Below, piece after piece: positions 7,986 through 16,208 of a stretch of DNA of 25,775 nt. The DNA comes from a bacterium (GTDB taxonomy: Bacteria > Arandabacterota > Arandabacteria > Arandabacterales > JALGWA01). The DNA is taken from contig JASFEA010000027.1 of NCBI GenBank assembly GCA_050125095.1, positions 1 through 25,775 on the forward strand. The letters run 5' to 3'. Position 1 is the stretch's first letter; the number at the start of each line of letters is the position of its first letter. The position numbers were made by a program, and so were the translations under genes. Below the pieces are notes generated by a model, which saw only the letters and a program-made list of their open reading frames with translations, did not search any database and had not been told where the DNA came from.

Positions 7986-9881
7986 ATGATGGTGAAGAAT
8001 AACCACAGAAGATTGTCGAGAAAGAGGCATCCTTTCCCTCTTTCGCTATTCGCGGGGACGAAGATCGGTATCCAGGGGAAGTTCGTTGTCCTGGTCACCG
8101 CGGTTCTCGCCGCTGTAGTCACCGCTCTGTCGTGGTTCTTCATTCATCACGAGGGCTCCGTCATCACCGACGCGCTCTCGAAGCGCGCCGAGGCATTCGT
8201 GGGCAATCTCGCCTACAACAGCAAGTACGGCGTCCTCGTGCGCGACGAGGAACTGCTTAACAGCCTCGCCTCCGGTATCGCCATGGAAGAAGACGTGGTC
8301 TATGCCATGGTGCTCGACAAGGACGGCACAATACTGGGCCACAGCGACCCCTCGGTCGTCGGGCAGAAAATGAACGTCCCGCCCGATCTCGGCGGAGCAG
8401 TGTCGCACACCGGACTGAAGGTGCCGGCAGTCAAGGACGAGGGCGACATAATCCACTTCGTGGCGACCGTCGAGATCGTGAAGCAGACCCATACGAGAGA
8501 GGATCTGCTCCTGGGCGAAATCGAGGAGCCCATGTCCGGGCCCGGCGGCGGCGAAGGCGAATACATAGAGGAACTGGGCAAGGCGCTGGTCGGCGTATCC
8601 CTCGCCGGCATCGAACAGATGATGGCCCGGGTCAGGGCTATTGTCATGATAATGGGCGCCGTCATCGGCCTGGCTTCGGTATTCGCGGTCTATCTCATGA
8701 CCCGCGCCGTAGTGGTTCCGGTTAAGAGACTGGTCAGCGCCACCGAGAAGATAGCCGCCGGAGATCTCAGCCATACGGTAGAGACCGGGGGCGGTGACGA
8801 AGTGGCCGAGCTTGCGAGCTCATTCAACAAGATGGTCATCGATCTGAGGAGCTCACATGAAGAGCTGGAGAACTACAGCCGCCACCTCGAAGAAAAGGTC
8901 CTGGAACGCACGGCGGATCTCGAGGAGGCGAACACCACGCTGCGTGAAACGCAGGCCCAGCTGATTCAAGCGAGCAAGATGGCGGCCATGGGCCAGTTCG
9001 GGGCCGGCGTGGCGCACGAGCTCAACCAGCCGCTGGCCGGCATCAGCGGATACACCGACCTCCTGCTTCTCAAGATGGAGGAAGACTCGCCGCAGTGGAG
9101 ATACGCCAAGAAGATCGAAGACCAGGTCACTAGGATGACCAAGATCATAAACAACCTGCGGACTTTCGCGCGGCAATCCAAGTTCGAGTACGCCGAAGTC
9201 GACATTAATCAGCCCATAGACGACGCCCTTATGCTCCTGGGCGAGCAGCTCAGGTCGCATAATATCAAGGTAAGGCGGGACCTCACGGCGAATCTCCCCA
9301 GGGTATACGCCGACGCCAACCAGCTGGAGCAGGTGTTCCTGAACCTCATCTCCAACGCCAAGGACGCCATGGACATACAGCGGGCCGGGACTCTCACAAT
9401 ACACTCAGCCGCGGATCCCGAGACTGATTTCGTGGAGGTCTACATCGCCGACACCGGCATCGGCATGGATAGCAACGTCATAAACGATATATTCAATCCC
9501 TTCTTTACAACCAAGGATGTCGGCAAGGGAACCGGGCTCGGTCTTTCGATCAGCCTGGGAATAATAGAAGACCATGGCGGGAAGATCGAGGTACACAGCA
9601 GTCACGGCAAGGGAACCGTTTTCCGCGTCGCCCTGCCCAAGATGCAGGCTTTGCCCTGCTGGGAGCTGGTCGACTGCAAGAACATATGCGGCATCGAGAA
9701 AACCGAATGCCCGGCGTATAAGAACAATAAGGGCCATGCGTGCTGGGAGGAAATCGCCAAGCGCCTGCGAAGGAAGGGCGACCCGATGCCCCCGGATTGC
9801 AAGAACTGCCCCGTTTACGGAAAGAAGAGCATGAAACCGCTGAATGAGTCATGGAATCTGGAAGGAGCTATCGTCGGATGA
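7986..9881 (+). CDS. Membrane sensor histidine kinase (TM, periplasmic domain, TM, HAMP, HisKA, HATPase) with a C-terminal Cys-rich two-CW domain
   Basis: HAMP (PVKRL..IAAGDLS..DEVAELASSFNKM), H box AHELNQPL, N box EQVFLNLISNAKDA, G1 DTGIGM, F box IFNPFFTTK, G2 GTGLGL; tail CW..C..C..CPAY..CW..CKNCPVY. Confidence 0.95.
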   Translation: MMVKNNHRRLSRKRHPFPLSLFAGTKIGIQGKFVVLVTAVLAAVVTALSWFFIHHEGSVITDALSKRAEAFVGNLAYNSKYGVLVRDEELLNSLASGIAMEEDVVYAMVLDKDGTILGHSDPSVVGQKMNVPPDLGGAVSHTGLKVPAVKDEGDIIHFVATVEIVKQTHTREDLLLGEIEEPMSGPGGGEGEYIEELGKALVGVSLAGIEQMMARVRAIVMIMGAVIGLASVFAVYLMTRAVVVPVKRLVSATEKIAAGDLSHTVETGGGDEVAELASSFNKMVIDLRSSHEELENYSRHLEEKVLERTADLEEANTTLRETQAQLIQASKMAAMGQFGAGVAHELNQPLAGISGYTDLLLLKMEEDSPQWRYAKKIEDQVTRMTKIINNLRTFARQSKFEYAEVDINQPIDDALMLLGEQLRSHNIKVRRDLTANLPRVYADANQLEQVFLNLISNAKDAMDIQRAGTLTIHSAADPETDFVEVYIADTGIGMDSNVINDIFNPFFTTKDVGKGTGLGLSISLGIIEDHGGKIEVHSSHGKGTVFRVALPKMQALPCWELVDCKNICGIEKTECPAYKNNKGHACWEEIAKRLRRKGDPMPPDCKNCPVYGKKSMKPLNESWNLEGAIVG

Positions 9882-10315
9882 GCAAGAAGATCCTCGTGGT
9901 CGATGACCAGGAAATCGTGCGCGACTTCTTCAAGGATGTAGCAGAGTGTCTCGGCGAAGAAGTCGAGACAGCCGAGGACGGCGACGTGGCAATCGACATC
10001 TGCAGGAACCGCCACTTCGACATAACCTTCGTCGACATGAGAATGCCGCATATGAACGGTCTAGACACATGCAAGGCCATCCTCAGCCTTGACCCCCACG
10101 CCAGAGTAGTAGTCATGACCGGGTATACGGAGGAGCAGATGATAGACGAGGCGCTGCATTCGGGCGCCATCGCCAAGATATACAAGCCATTCGACATCGA
10201 TATGGTCGTAAGGCTCATTCGCGGGTCGCGCAACAAAGATGAAGGGCAGCAAAGTGCCGATGGCGACGGCGAGACGGCCGGAGATGACGGCGGCGTTCAG
10301 GAATCAAAGCCCTAG
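9878..10315 (+). CDS. Single-domain response regulator (CheY-like receiver) with acidic tail
   Basis: ILVVDD, phosphoacceptor FVDMRMP, MTG, KPF. ATGA overlap with the kinase stop and a GAAGGAG SD. Confidence 0.93.
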   Translation: MSKKILVVDDQEIVRDFFKDVAECLGEEVETAEDGDVAIDICRNRHFDITFVDMRMPHMNGLDTCKAILSLDPHARVVVMTGYTEEQMIDEALHSGAIAKIYKPFDIDMVVRLIRGSRNKDEGQQSADGDGETAGDDGGVQESKP

Positions 10316-10344
10316 GTGTTTACGCCCCGGTTCCGTGGTTCTAC

Positions 10345-10414
10345 CCATGACCCCTTATCCAAGACCCCATATCAAAGACCACGGGCCCATGATCCCGCGC
10401 TCATGACGCAATTT
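10345..10414 (+). repeat. Five degenerate 14-bp tandem repeats
   Basis: ccatgaccccttat / ccaagaccccatat / caaagaccacgggc / ccatgatcccgcgc / tcatgacgcaattt; GA recurs at 10349, 10363, 10377, 10391 and 10405. Confidence 0.6.
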
Positions 10415-10418
10415 CATT

Positions 10419-10446
10419 TTGACATCCTCACGCGCCATTCTATAAT
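10419..10446 (+). promoter_or_regulatory. Consensus sigma70 promoter for the NSS transporter
   Basis: TTGACA (10419-10424), 16 nt, TATAAT (10441-10446). Confidence 0.8.
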
Positions 10447-10493
10447 CGACCTACACTAAACCGTCTACAAACGCGAAGGGAGGCTGGACACCA

Positions 10494-11972
10494 GTGGCAG
10501 AAAAGGAATACTGGCCGTCACGTACGTCTTTCGTGCTTGCAGCAATCGGGTCCGCAATCGGGCTCGGTAACGTTTGGCGTTTCCCGTACATCTGCTACAC
10601 AAACGGCGGCGGGGCCTTCATCATCCCGTATCTCGTCGCCCTGCTTACCGCGGGCATCCCGCTCATGATCCTCGAGATGGGCCTGGGCCACAAGTTCTCG
10701 GCCTCGGCGCCCCTCGCCCTCAAGCGGGTCGGGAAGAACTGGCAGTGGCTGGGCTGGCTGGCCTGCGGCGTCGGCTTCATGATCGTGGCTTACTATACGG
10801 TCATCATGGGATGGTGCGTCAACTACCTCGGCTATTCCTTCAACCTCGCCTGGGGCCAGAATACGGAGTCGTTCTTCTATGACACCTTCTTGCAGCGATC
10901 GGAGAACCTGAAGGACGTCTTTTCGTTCAACAGCCCGGTACTGCTAGGACTGCTCATATCCTGGGTGCTTATTCTCCTCTGCATATGGAAGGGCGCCAAG
11001 AGCGTGGGCAAGGTGGTATTCCTTACCGTGCCCCTCCCCTGGCTGTGCCTGGTGATATTCGTAATAAAGGGGCTCACGCTCCCGGGAGCCGAGGAGGGAA
11101 TCGCGTTCTACCTCACCCCGGACTTCCAGGCCCTCGCAAACCCCAGGGTCTGGCTTGCCGCCTACGGGCAGGTCTTCTTCTCCCTGACCGTCGGTTTCGG
11201 CGTCATGATAGCCTACGCCAGCTTCCTTCCGAAGAGATCGGACATTGTAAACAACGCCTTCATCGTATCGCTGGCCAACAACGGAACCGCGTTCCTGGGG
11301 GGCTTCGCCGTTTTCAGCACCCTCGGGTATTACGCCCATCAGACGGGTGTCCCGGTGGAGAGCGTCGTGGACAGTGGATTCGGCCTCGCCTTCATAACGT
11401 ATCCGAGCATCATAAACCACCTCGGGCGCTTCGCTCCCGCGATGGGCGTCATATTCTTCGTCATGCTCCTGACGCTGGCCATCGACTCGGCCTTCTCGCT
11501 GGTTGAGGGCGTCGCGGCGGGAATCATGGATAAATGGAACGCGAGGCGGCTCAGGGTCAATTTCGGCGTGGTCCTCGTCGCGCTTATCATCGGCCTCACG
11601 TATACAACCCGCGCCGGGTATTACTGGCTCGACATGGTCGATCACTTCATGAACAGCTTCGGTCTCATAATCGTCTGCCTGCTCCAGTGCATTGCAGTGG
11701 GTTATTTCTACGGAACCCGCAAGCTGCGGGAGTACGTCAATTCCCAATCCGAGGTCTCCATCGGAATATGGTGGGACCTCATGATTATGTTCGTGACGCC
11801 CGCCGCGCTCATATATTTCCTGAAAGTGGAGATCCAGGACAGGCTCGCAGGCCCCTACGGCGCGCCGCTCATGGACAGATGGGCCGAGGTCATCGGGGGC
11901 TGGGCCGTAATGGCGGTACTGGCCATAGTAGCCGTAGCTCTTATGAGGGCCAGGGGAAGGGAGAGTGCATAG
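10494..11972 (+). CDS. Sodium-dependent transporter, neurotransmitter:sodium symporter (NSS/SNF) family
   Basis: AIGSAIGLGNVWRFPY, NGGGAF..PY, GIPL..LE..LG, W..A.GQVFFSL..GFG...YAS, G.GLAFITYP; GTG start with GGGAGG SD. Confidence 0.96.
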   Translation: MAEKEYWPSRTSFVLAAIGSAIGLGNVWRFPYICYTNGGGAFIIPYLVALLTAGIPLMILEMGLGHKFSASAPLALKRVGKNWQWLGWLACGVGFMIVAYYTVIMGWCVNYLGYSFNLAWGQNTESFFYDTFLQRSENLKDVFSFNSPVLLGLLISWVLILLCIWKGAKSVGKVVFLTVPLPWLCLVIFVIKGLTLPGAEEGIAFYLTPDFQALANPRVWLAAYGQVFFSLTVGFGVMIAYASFLPKRSDIVNNAFIVSLANNGTAFLGGFAVFSTLGYYAHQTGVPVESVVDSGFGLAFITYPSIINHLGRFAPAMGVIFFVMLLTLAIDSAFSLVEGVAAGIMDKWNARRLRVNFGVVLVALIIGLTYTTRAGYYWLDMVDHFMNSFGLIIVCLLQCIAVGYFYGTRKLREYVNSQSEVSIGIWWDLMIMFVTPAALIYFLKVEIQDRLAGPYGAPLMDRWAEVIGGWAVMAVLAIVAVALMRARGRESA

Positions 11973-12095
11973 ATGTTGGCTGCGATTCTCGGCAAATTGC
12001 CCGCTTCGGCAATCGCGATGCTCATAATCGCCTGTGCCGTTCTCTACGGCGGCCTGGCCGTATGCATAGTGCTGGCGAAGAAGCGGGAACCGTAA
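11973..12095 (+). CDS. 40-aa single-TM protein, MetS-like NSS transporter small subunit (absent from the ORF track)
   Basis: MLAAILGKLPASAIAMLIIACAVLYGGLAVCIVLAKKREP*; starts immediately after the NSS stop (TAGATG); SAIxM...L[WY]GGL pattern and basic C-terminus. Confidence 0.8.
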   Translation: MLAAILGKLPASAIAMLIIACAVLYGGLAVCIVLAKKREP

Positions 12096-12123
12096 AAGAG
12101 AGAGCGTGAAAGGGGGGCGGGGG

Positions 12124-12546
12124 CTAGTCGAAAGGAGAAGGGCCCCGGTCCTTCATCTTCTTCATCTCCTCTTCCATCCTGGATATCTTCTCCTTCTGCT
12201 TCTTCTCAATCTCATCGGCGTTCAGCATTCTCTTGGTCGCCTCGTACTCGTCCCGTTTCTTCCGCATGAAGGTGTCAAGCTCGTCTGTTATGGTCGGACC
12301 TGAAGCCTCGCGGGGGAGATCCTCCAGTTTGGCGTAATCCGCGACCTCGACGCGGATCTCGAAGGGGTTTTCGACCACCTTGAGAATGCCTTCGTCCCCC
12401 AGAGTGACGACCAGGGTCCTGACGAAATCGGGGGGCAGACCAAGGAGCTCGGCGATGTGCTCCGGCGTAGGGGGCTTGGCGGCCTTATGGGTAAGCACCC
12501 TCGTCGCCGCCACTACAAGATGTCCGTCTTCATATGAAGGTCTCAT
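12124..12546 (-). CDS. Hypothetical protein with a putative winged helix-turn-helix and a charged coiled-coil tail
   Basis: PPTPEHIAELLGLPPDFVRTLVVTLGDEGILKVV fits a wHTH pattern; E/K/M-rich helical C-terminus. ATG 12546 preferred over GTG 12564. Confidence 0.7.
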   Translation of the reverse strand: MRPSYEDGHLVVAATRVLTHKAAKPPTPEHIAELLGLPPDFVRTLVVTLGDEGILKVVENPFEIRVEVADYAKLEDLPREASGPTITDELDTFMRKKRDEYEATKRMLNADEIEKKQKEKISRMEEEMKKMKDRGPSPFD

Positions 12547-12567
12547 ATTCAGAGTGAATACCACAAC

Positions 12568-12644
12568 AGTGCGGGCCGGTCAAGAGGATGAGTGATAACG
12601 CGTCCGTACGGTGGAGTGCGGGCCGGTCAAGAGGATGGGTGATA
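12568..12644. repeat. 30-bp direct repeat, two copies, one mismatch, 47-bp period
   Basis: agtgcgggccggtcaagaggatgagtgata (12568-12597) and agtgcgggccggtcaagaggatgggtgata (12615-12644). Confidence 0.9.
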
Positions 12645-12673
12645 CTGCTTCCGGATGGCCGGGGTCGGCCGGA

Positions 12674-13345
12674 TCAGACACCTTTGCCCCTGCAGGCCTT
12701 CACGCAGATCCCGCAGATCTTGGAGCCGATATTCTTGGCCTTGGTGACCCGGGCTATGGTCGCGATACAGCGGGCAAGGTCGAAGTCCTCGGGCCGCTTG
12801 CCTATGGCGCCGCCCGGACAGGCCTTGACGCATTCCATACAGGGATCGCAGTTCCCCTCGATCGGGCTGTCGCAGGGAAGCACGATATCGGTGAGTACGG
12901 TGGAGTATCTGACCCTCGCGCCATGGGTGGGGTTGACGAGCAGGTTGTTTCTGCCTATGTACCCGAGGCCGGCATGTCGGGCAACCGCTCTGTGCGATAT
13001 GTGTCCGAGGTTATTGTCCCAGTCCACGATCTGTGATGCCGGCACGGGAAATACCCTGTTGCCGCTTTCCTGCAGGTACGCCGCTATCTTGAGGCCGATG
13101 CGGTCCAGAATGAGGTTCACCTGGCGGTAGTGATACTGGTAGGTCCGGGTGGGGCAGTCCTTTATTCCGTCGAGCACGACGTCGCTCAGCCGGTAGCCGA
13201 AGCTGATGCCGGTTCTCAGCCCCTCAAGGGACACCTCCCCCGAGACGTCCTCAACGTCGCCGACATCGGCGACCCCGAACAGCACGGCGCCCTCGTCGCG
13301 GGCGATCCGTTCGATAGCGGTACGATTTCCGTCACCGTCATTCAT
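12674..13345 (-). CDS. QueG/epoxyqueuosine reductase-like 2x[4Fe-4S] protein (possibly cobalamin-binding)
   Basis: GAVLFGVAD, SHRAVARHAGLGYIGRNNLLVNPTHGARVRYSTVLTD, CxxCxxCxxxCP (CDPCMECVKACP) and C...CGICVKAC. Confidence 0.8.
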   Translation of the reverse strand: MNDGDGNRTAIERIARDEGAVLFGVADVGDVEDVSGEVSLEGLRTGISFGYRLSDVVLDGIKDCPTRTYQYHYRQVNLILDRIGLKIAAYLQESGNRVFPVPASQIVDWDNNLGHISHRAVARHAGLGYIGRNNLLVNPTHGARVRYSTVLTDIVLPCDSPIEGNCDPCMECVKACPGGAIGKRPEDFDLARCIATIARVTKAKNIGSKICGICVKACRGKGV

Positions 13346-13351
13346 ATGACA

Positions 13352-14824
13352 TTAACCGTAGCTCGGCGGTTTGTAGTTGGGAGCCTCCTTGGTGATTGTG
13401 ACATCATGCGGGTGGCTCTCGATAAGTCCCGAATGCGTGATCTTGATAAACCTCGATCTCGTGCGCAGCGCCTCTATGTCGGCCGCCCCGCAGTAACCCA
13501 TACCCGACTTAAGCCCCCCGACCAGCTGGAATACGGTCTGTGCCAGCGGCCCCCTGTAGGGGACCCTTCCCTCGATGCCCTCGGGGACGAGCTTGCGGGC
13601 TTCGACATTCTCCTGGAAGTACCTGTCGCCGCTGCCCGCCCTCATCGCGCTTATGGAGCCCATGGCGCGGTAAACCTTGTAACTTCGCCCTTCGAGCAAA
13701 ACGGTCTCGCCGGGACTCTCCTCCGTGCCGGCGAAGAGGCCGCCAACCATTACTGAATGCGCGCCCGCCGCGATGGCTTTGACTATGTCGCCGGAGTATT
13801 TGATGCCGCCGTCGGCCACCAGCGGAAGTCCGAGGTCGTCGCAGGCCTCGCGGCAGTTCATTATGGCCGTGATTTGGGGCACGCCCACTCCCGCAACGAC
13901 ACGTGTGGTGCAGATCGAGCCCGGGCCTATCCCCACCTTTATGGCGTCGGCGCCCGCCGCCGCCAGATCTCTCGTGGCCTCGGGCGATACCACGTTGCCG
14001 GCGATGACGTCGGTTTCGGGATGGGCCGCCTTGATCTTCTCGACGGTTTCAATCACGCCGGCCGAATGCCCGTGTGCGCTGTCAACCACGATCACATCGA
14101 CTCCGGCCTCAACCAGGGCCTCCACTCTCCTGTAGGTGTCAGTGGACACCCCGACGGCGGCGCCGGCCCTCAAGCGCCCCTTCTCGTCCTTGCAGGCATC
14201 GGGGTACTTGGCTTTCTTCTTGATGTCCTTGACCGTGATGAGGCCCTTGAGCATGAAGTCTCTGTCGACAACGGGCAGCTTCTCGATTCGATGGTTGTGC
14301 AATACCTGCTTGGCCTCCTCAAGTGTCGTTCCCTCCGGAACCGTGACGAGGTCTCCGGTAGTCATTATCTTCGCAACAGGCATGTCCGTTTTCTCAAGGA
14401 AGCGGAGATCGCGGTTGGTGAGAATGCCGACGAGTTTGCCGTTCTCGTCGGTGATGGGGACTCCGGAGATCCTGAACTGCATCATCATGTTGAGGGCCTG
14501 TTGCACAGTAGCATCAGGACGCAGAGTAATCGGCTTGGAAATCATGCCGCTCTCGGAACGTTTGACGCGGTCCACGTGCGAGGCCTGCTCCTTCACGGGC
14601 AGGTTCTTGTGGATGATGGCGATTCCCCCCTCGCGTGCGAGAGCTATCCCCAGGCGCCCCTCGCTGACGGTGTCCATAGCGGCGCTCACTATGGGTATTT
14701 TGAGGTTTATGTTCCTGGTGAGCCTGGTCTCTGTGTTTACTTCGGAGGGCAGAACCTCTGAACGCTGAGGGACTAGCAGCACATCGTCGAAGGTAAGGCC
14801 TTCACCGTCAATCCTGTCCTTCAT
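13352..14824 (-). CDS. guaB: IMP dehydrogenase with a CBS pair
   Basis: [18 protein letters not shown], catalytic [37 protein letters not shown]. Start may be at 14824, 14833 or 14839. Confidence 0.98.
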   Translation of the reverse strand: MKDRIDGEGLTFDDVLLVPQRSEVLPSEVNTETRLTRNINLKIPIVSAAMDTVSEGRLGIALAREGGIAIIHKNLPVKEQASHVDRVKRSESGMISKPITLRPDATVQQALNMMMQFRISGVPITDENGKLVGILTNRDLRFLEKTDMPVAKIMTTGDLVTVPEGTTLEEAKQVLHNHRIEKLPVVDRDFMLKGLITVKDIKKKAKYPDACKDEKGRLRAGAAVGVSTDTYRRVEALVEAGVDVIVVDSAHGHSAGVIETVEKIKAAHPETDVIAGNVVSPEATRDLAAAGADAIKVGIGPGSICTTRVVAGVGVPQITAIMNCREACDDLGLPLVADGGIKYSGDIVKAIAAGAHSVMVGGLFAGTEESPGETVLLEGRSYKVYRAMGSISAMRAGSGDRYFQENVEARKLVPEGIEGRVPYRGPLAQTVFQLVGGLKSGMGYCGAADIEALRTRSRFIKITHSGLIESHPHDVTITKEAPNYKPPSYG

Positions 14825-15575
14825 CCTGGGCATCTCCATGTTCACCCGTGAGCGGCACGAAGCTCACCGGGGTTACTCTGTCTATGGTTATGTCATCACC
14901 TTCTTTCCGGACCTTTATGAGATACTGGAACCCGGCCGGGCCAACCGGTATGATCATGATTCCCCCGTCTCCCAACTGCTCGATGAGAGGATCGGGGATC
15001 TCCTCCGGCGCGCACGTTACGATTATTCTGTCATACGGCGAGTAGTCCTTGAGGCCCCAGAACCCGTCTCCGAGCACGACCCTGACGTTGTCGTACTTGA
15101 GCTCCTTGAGCCGCTTCTCGGCCGCCTTGGCGAGTGGCTCTATGATCTCAACCGTGTATACCTCCTTGGCCAGCTCGGCCAGGATCGCCGCCTGATAACC
15201 CGACCCCGTCCCCACCTCAAGGACCCTGTCGGTGCTCTTTATCTCGAGCTCCTGCGTCATGAGGGCGACGATAAAGGGGGAACTGATAGTCTGGCCGTAG
15301 CCGATCGGGACCGGGAGGTTGTAATAGGAGTAGTGCATATGCTCTTCGGGAATGAACAGGTGGCGCGGTACTTTTATCATGGCATTTATGACGCGCTGGT
15401 CGTCTATGCCCCGGCCGACGATCTCCCTCTCCACCATGCGCTTGCGGGCCTCGCCGTAGTTTACTATTTTGCTCCGCTCGCAGGACGATGCGGCGAGCGC
15501 GACGCCGGCACAGAGAAGCAGGGGTAGGGCCGCGCGGTGAGCGCGGAGCGCACGAGGTACATGCCTAATCCACAT
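14808..15575 (-). CDS. pcm: Protein-L-isoaspartate O-methyltransferase with an N-terminal lipoprotein-like signal
   Basis: [55 protein letters not shown]. Confidence 0.95.
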   Translation of the reverse strand: MWIRHVPRALRAHRAALPLLLCAGVALAASSCERSKIVNYGEARKRMVEREIVGRGIDDQRVINAMIKVPRHLFIPEEHMHYSYYNLPVPIGYGQTISSPFIVALMTQELEIKSTDRVLEVGTGSGYQAAILAELAKEVYTVEIIEPLAKAAEKRLKELKYDNVRVVLGDGFWGLKDYSPYDRIIVTCAPEEIPDPLIEQLGDGGIMIIPVGPAGFQYLIKVRKEGDDITIDRVTPVSFVPLTGEHGDAQDEGQD

Positions 15576-16206
15576 GCGTTACGTCCTTATCGCCGATGTC
15601 CTTGAGATTCATCAGGTGGCTTATGTCGTTGAAGGTCACGAGCCTTCTCAGACCATCCTTCACCTCCACTATGGTGACGGAGGCGTTCTTGACCGTCACA
15701 CACCAGACATCTACCGGCTTTATATTGAGGACGACGGTGACATAAGTCGAGATGACGCCGCCATGGCCGACGACGAGCACATTGCCGTCGGGGTCGTTCT
15801 TTTCTATAGTCCGCAGGGCCTTCTTAACCCTCCTGACGAAGGCCTTGAAATCCTCCCCGCCGGGGATGGGTATGCGGTCCGGGCGAACCGCCCATCTGTC
15901 GAACTTCTCCCCGTATTGCCTCCTTATCTGTGCCAGCGTCTTGCCTTCCCACTTGCCCAGATTTATCTCGCGGAGATCATCGTCGACTTGAATATCGGCT
16001 TTCTTGCCGACTATACAATGAGCAGTCTCCATCGCCCGCTTCAAGGGGCTCGAAAAGACTTCGTCGAAGGCGAGCTCCTTGAATCGCTTGCCTACGAGCT
16101 TGGCTTCGCGCTTGCCGTAGGAACTCAGAGGGGGATCCTTCTGCCCCTGGATCTTCTTCGTGCTGTTCCAGGTAGACTCCGCATGTCTCACAAGAAAGAT
16201 GAGCAT
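15565..16206 (-). CDS. Histidine phosphatase (phosphoglycerate mutase/CobC-like) family protein
   Basis: LVRHAES, SSPLKRA, LREINLGKWEG, VVGHGGVI, NASVT. ATG 16206 has a GGAGG SD. Confidence 0.92.
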   Translation of the reverse strand: MLIFLVRHAESTWNSTKKIQGQKDPPLSSYGKREAKLVGKRFKELAFDEVFSSPLKRAMETAHCIVGKKADIQVDDDLREINLGKWEGKTLAQIRRQYGEKFDRWAVRPDRIPIPGGEDFKAFVRRVKKALRTIEKNDPDGNVLVVGHGGVISTYVTVVLNIKPVDVWCVTVKNASVTIVEVKDGLRRLVTFNDISHLMNLKDIGDKDVTHVD

Positions 16207-16208
16207 TG

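Noticed and set aside
12568-12644. 30-bp direct repeat as a mini-CRISPR
   Set aside because: Only two copies, a 17-nt spacer, no palindromic repeat structure and no cas genes.
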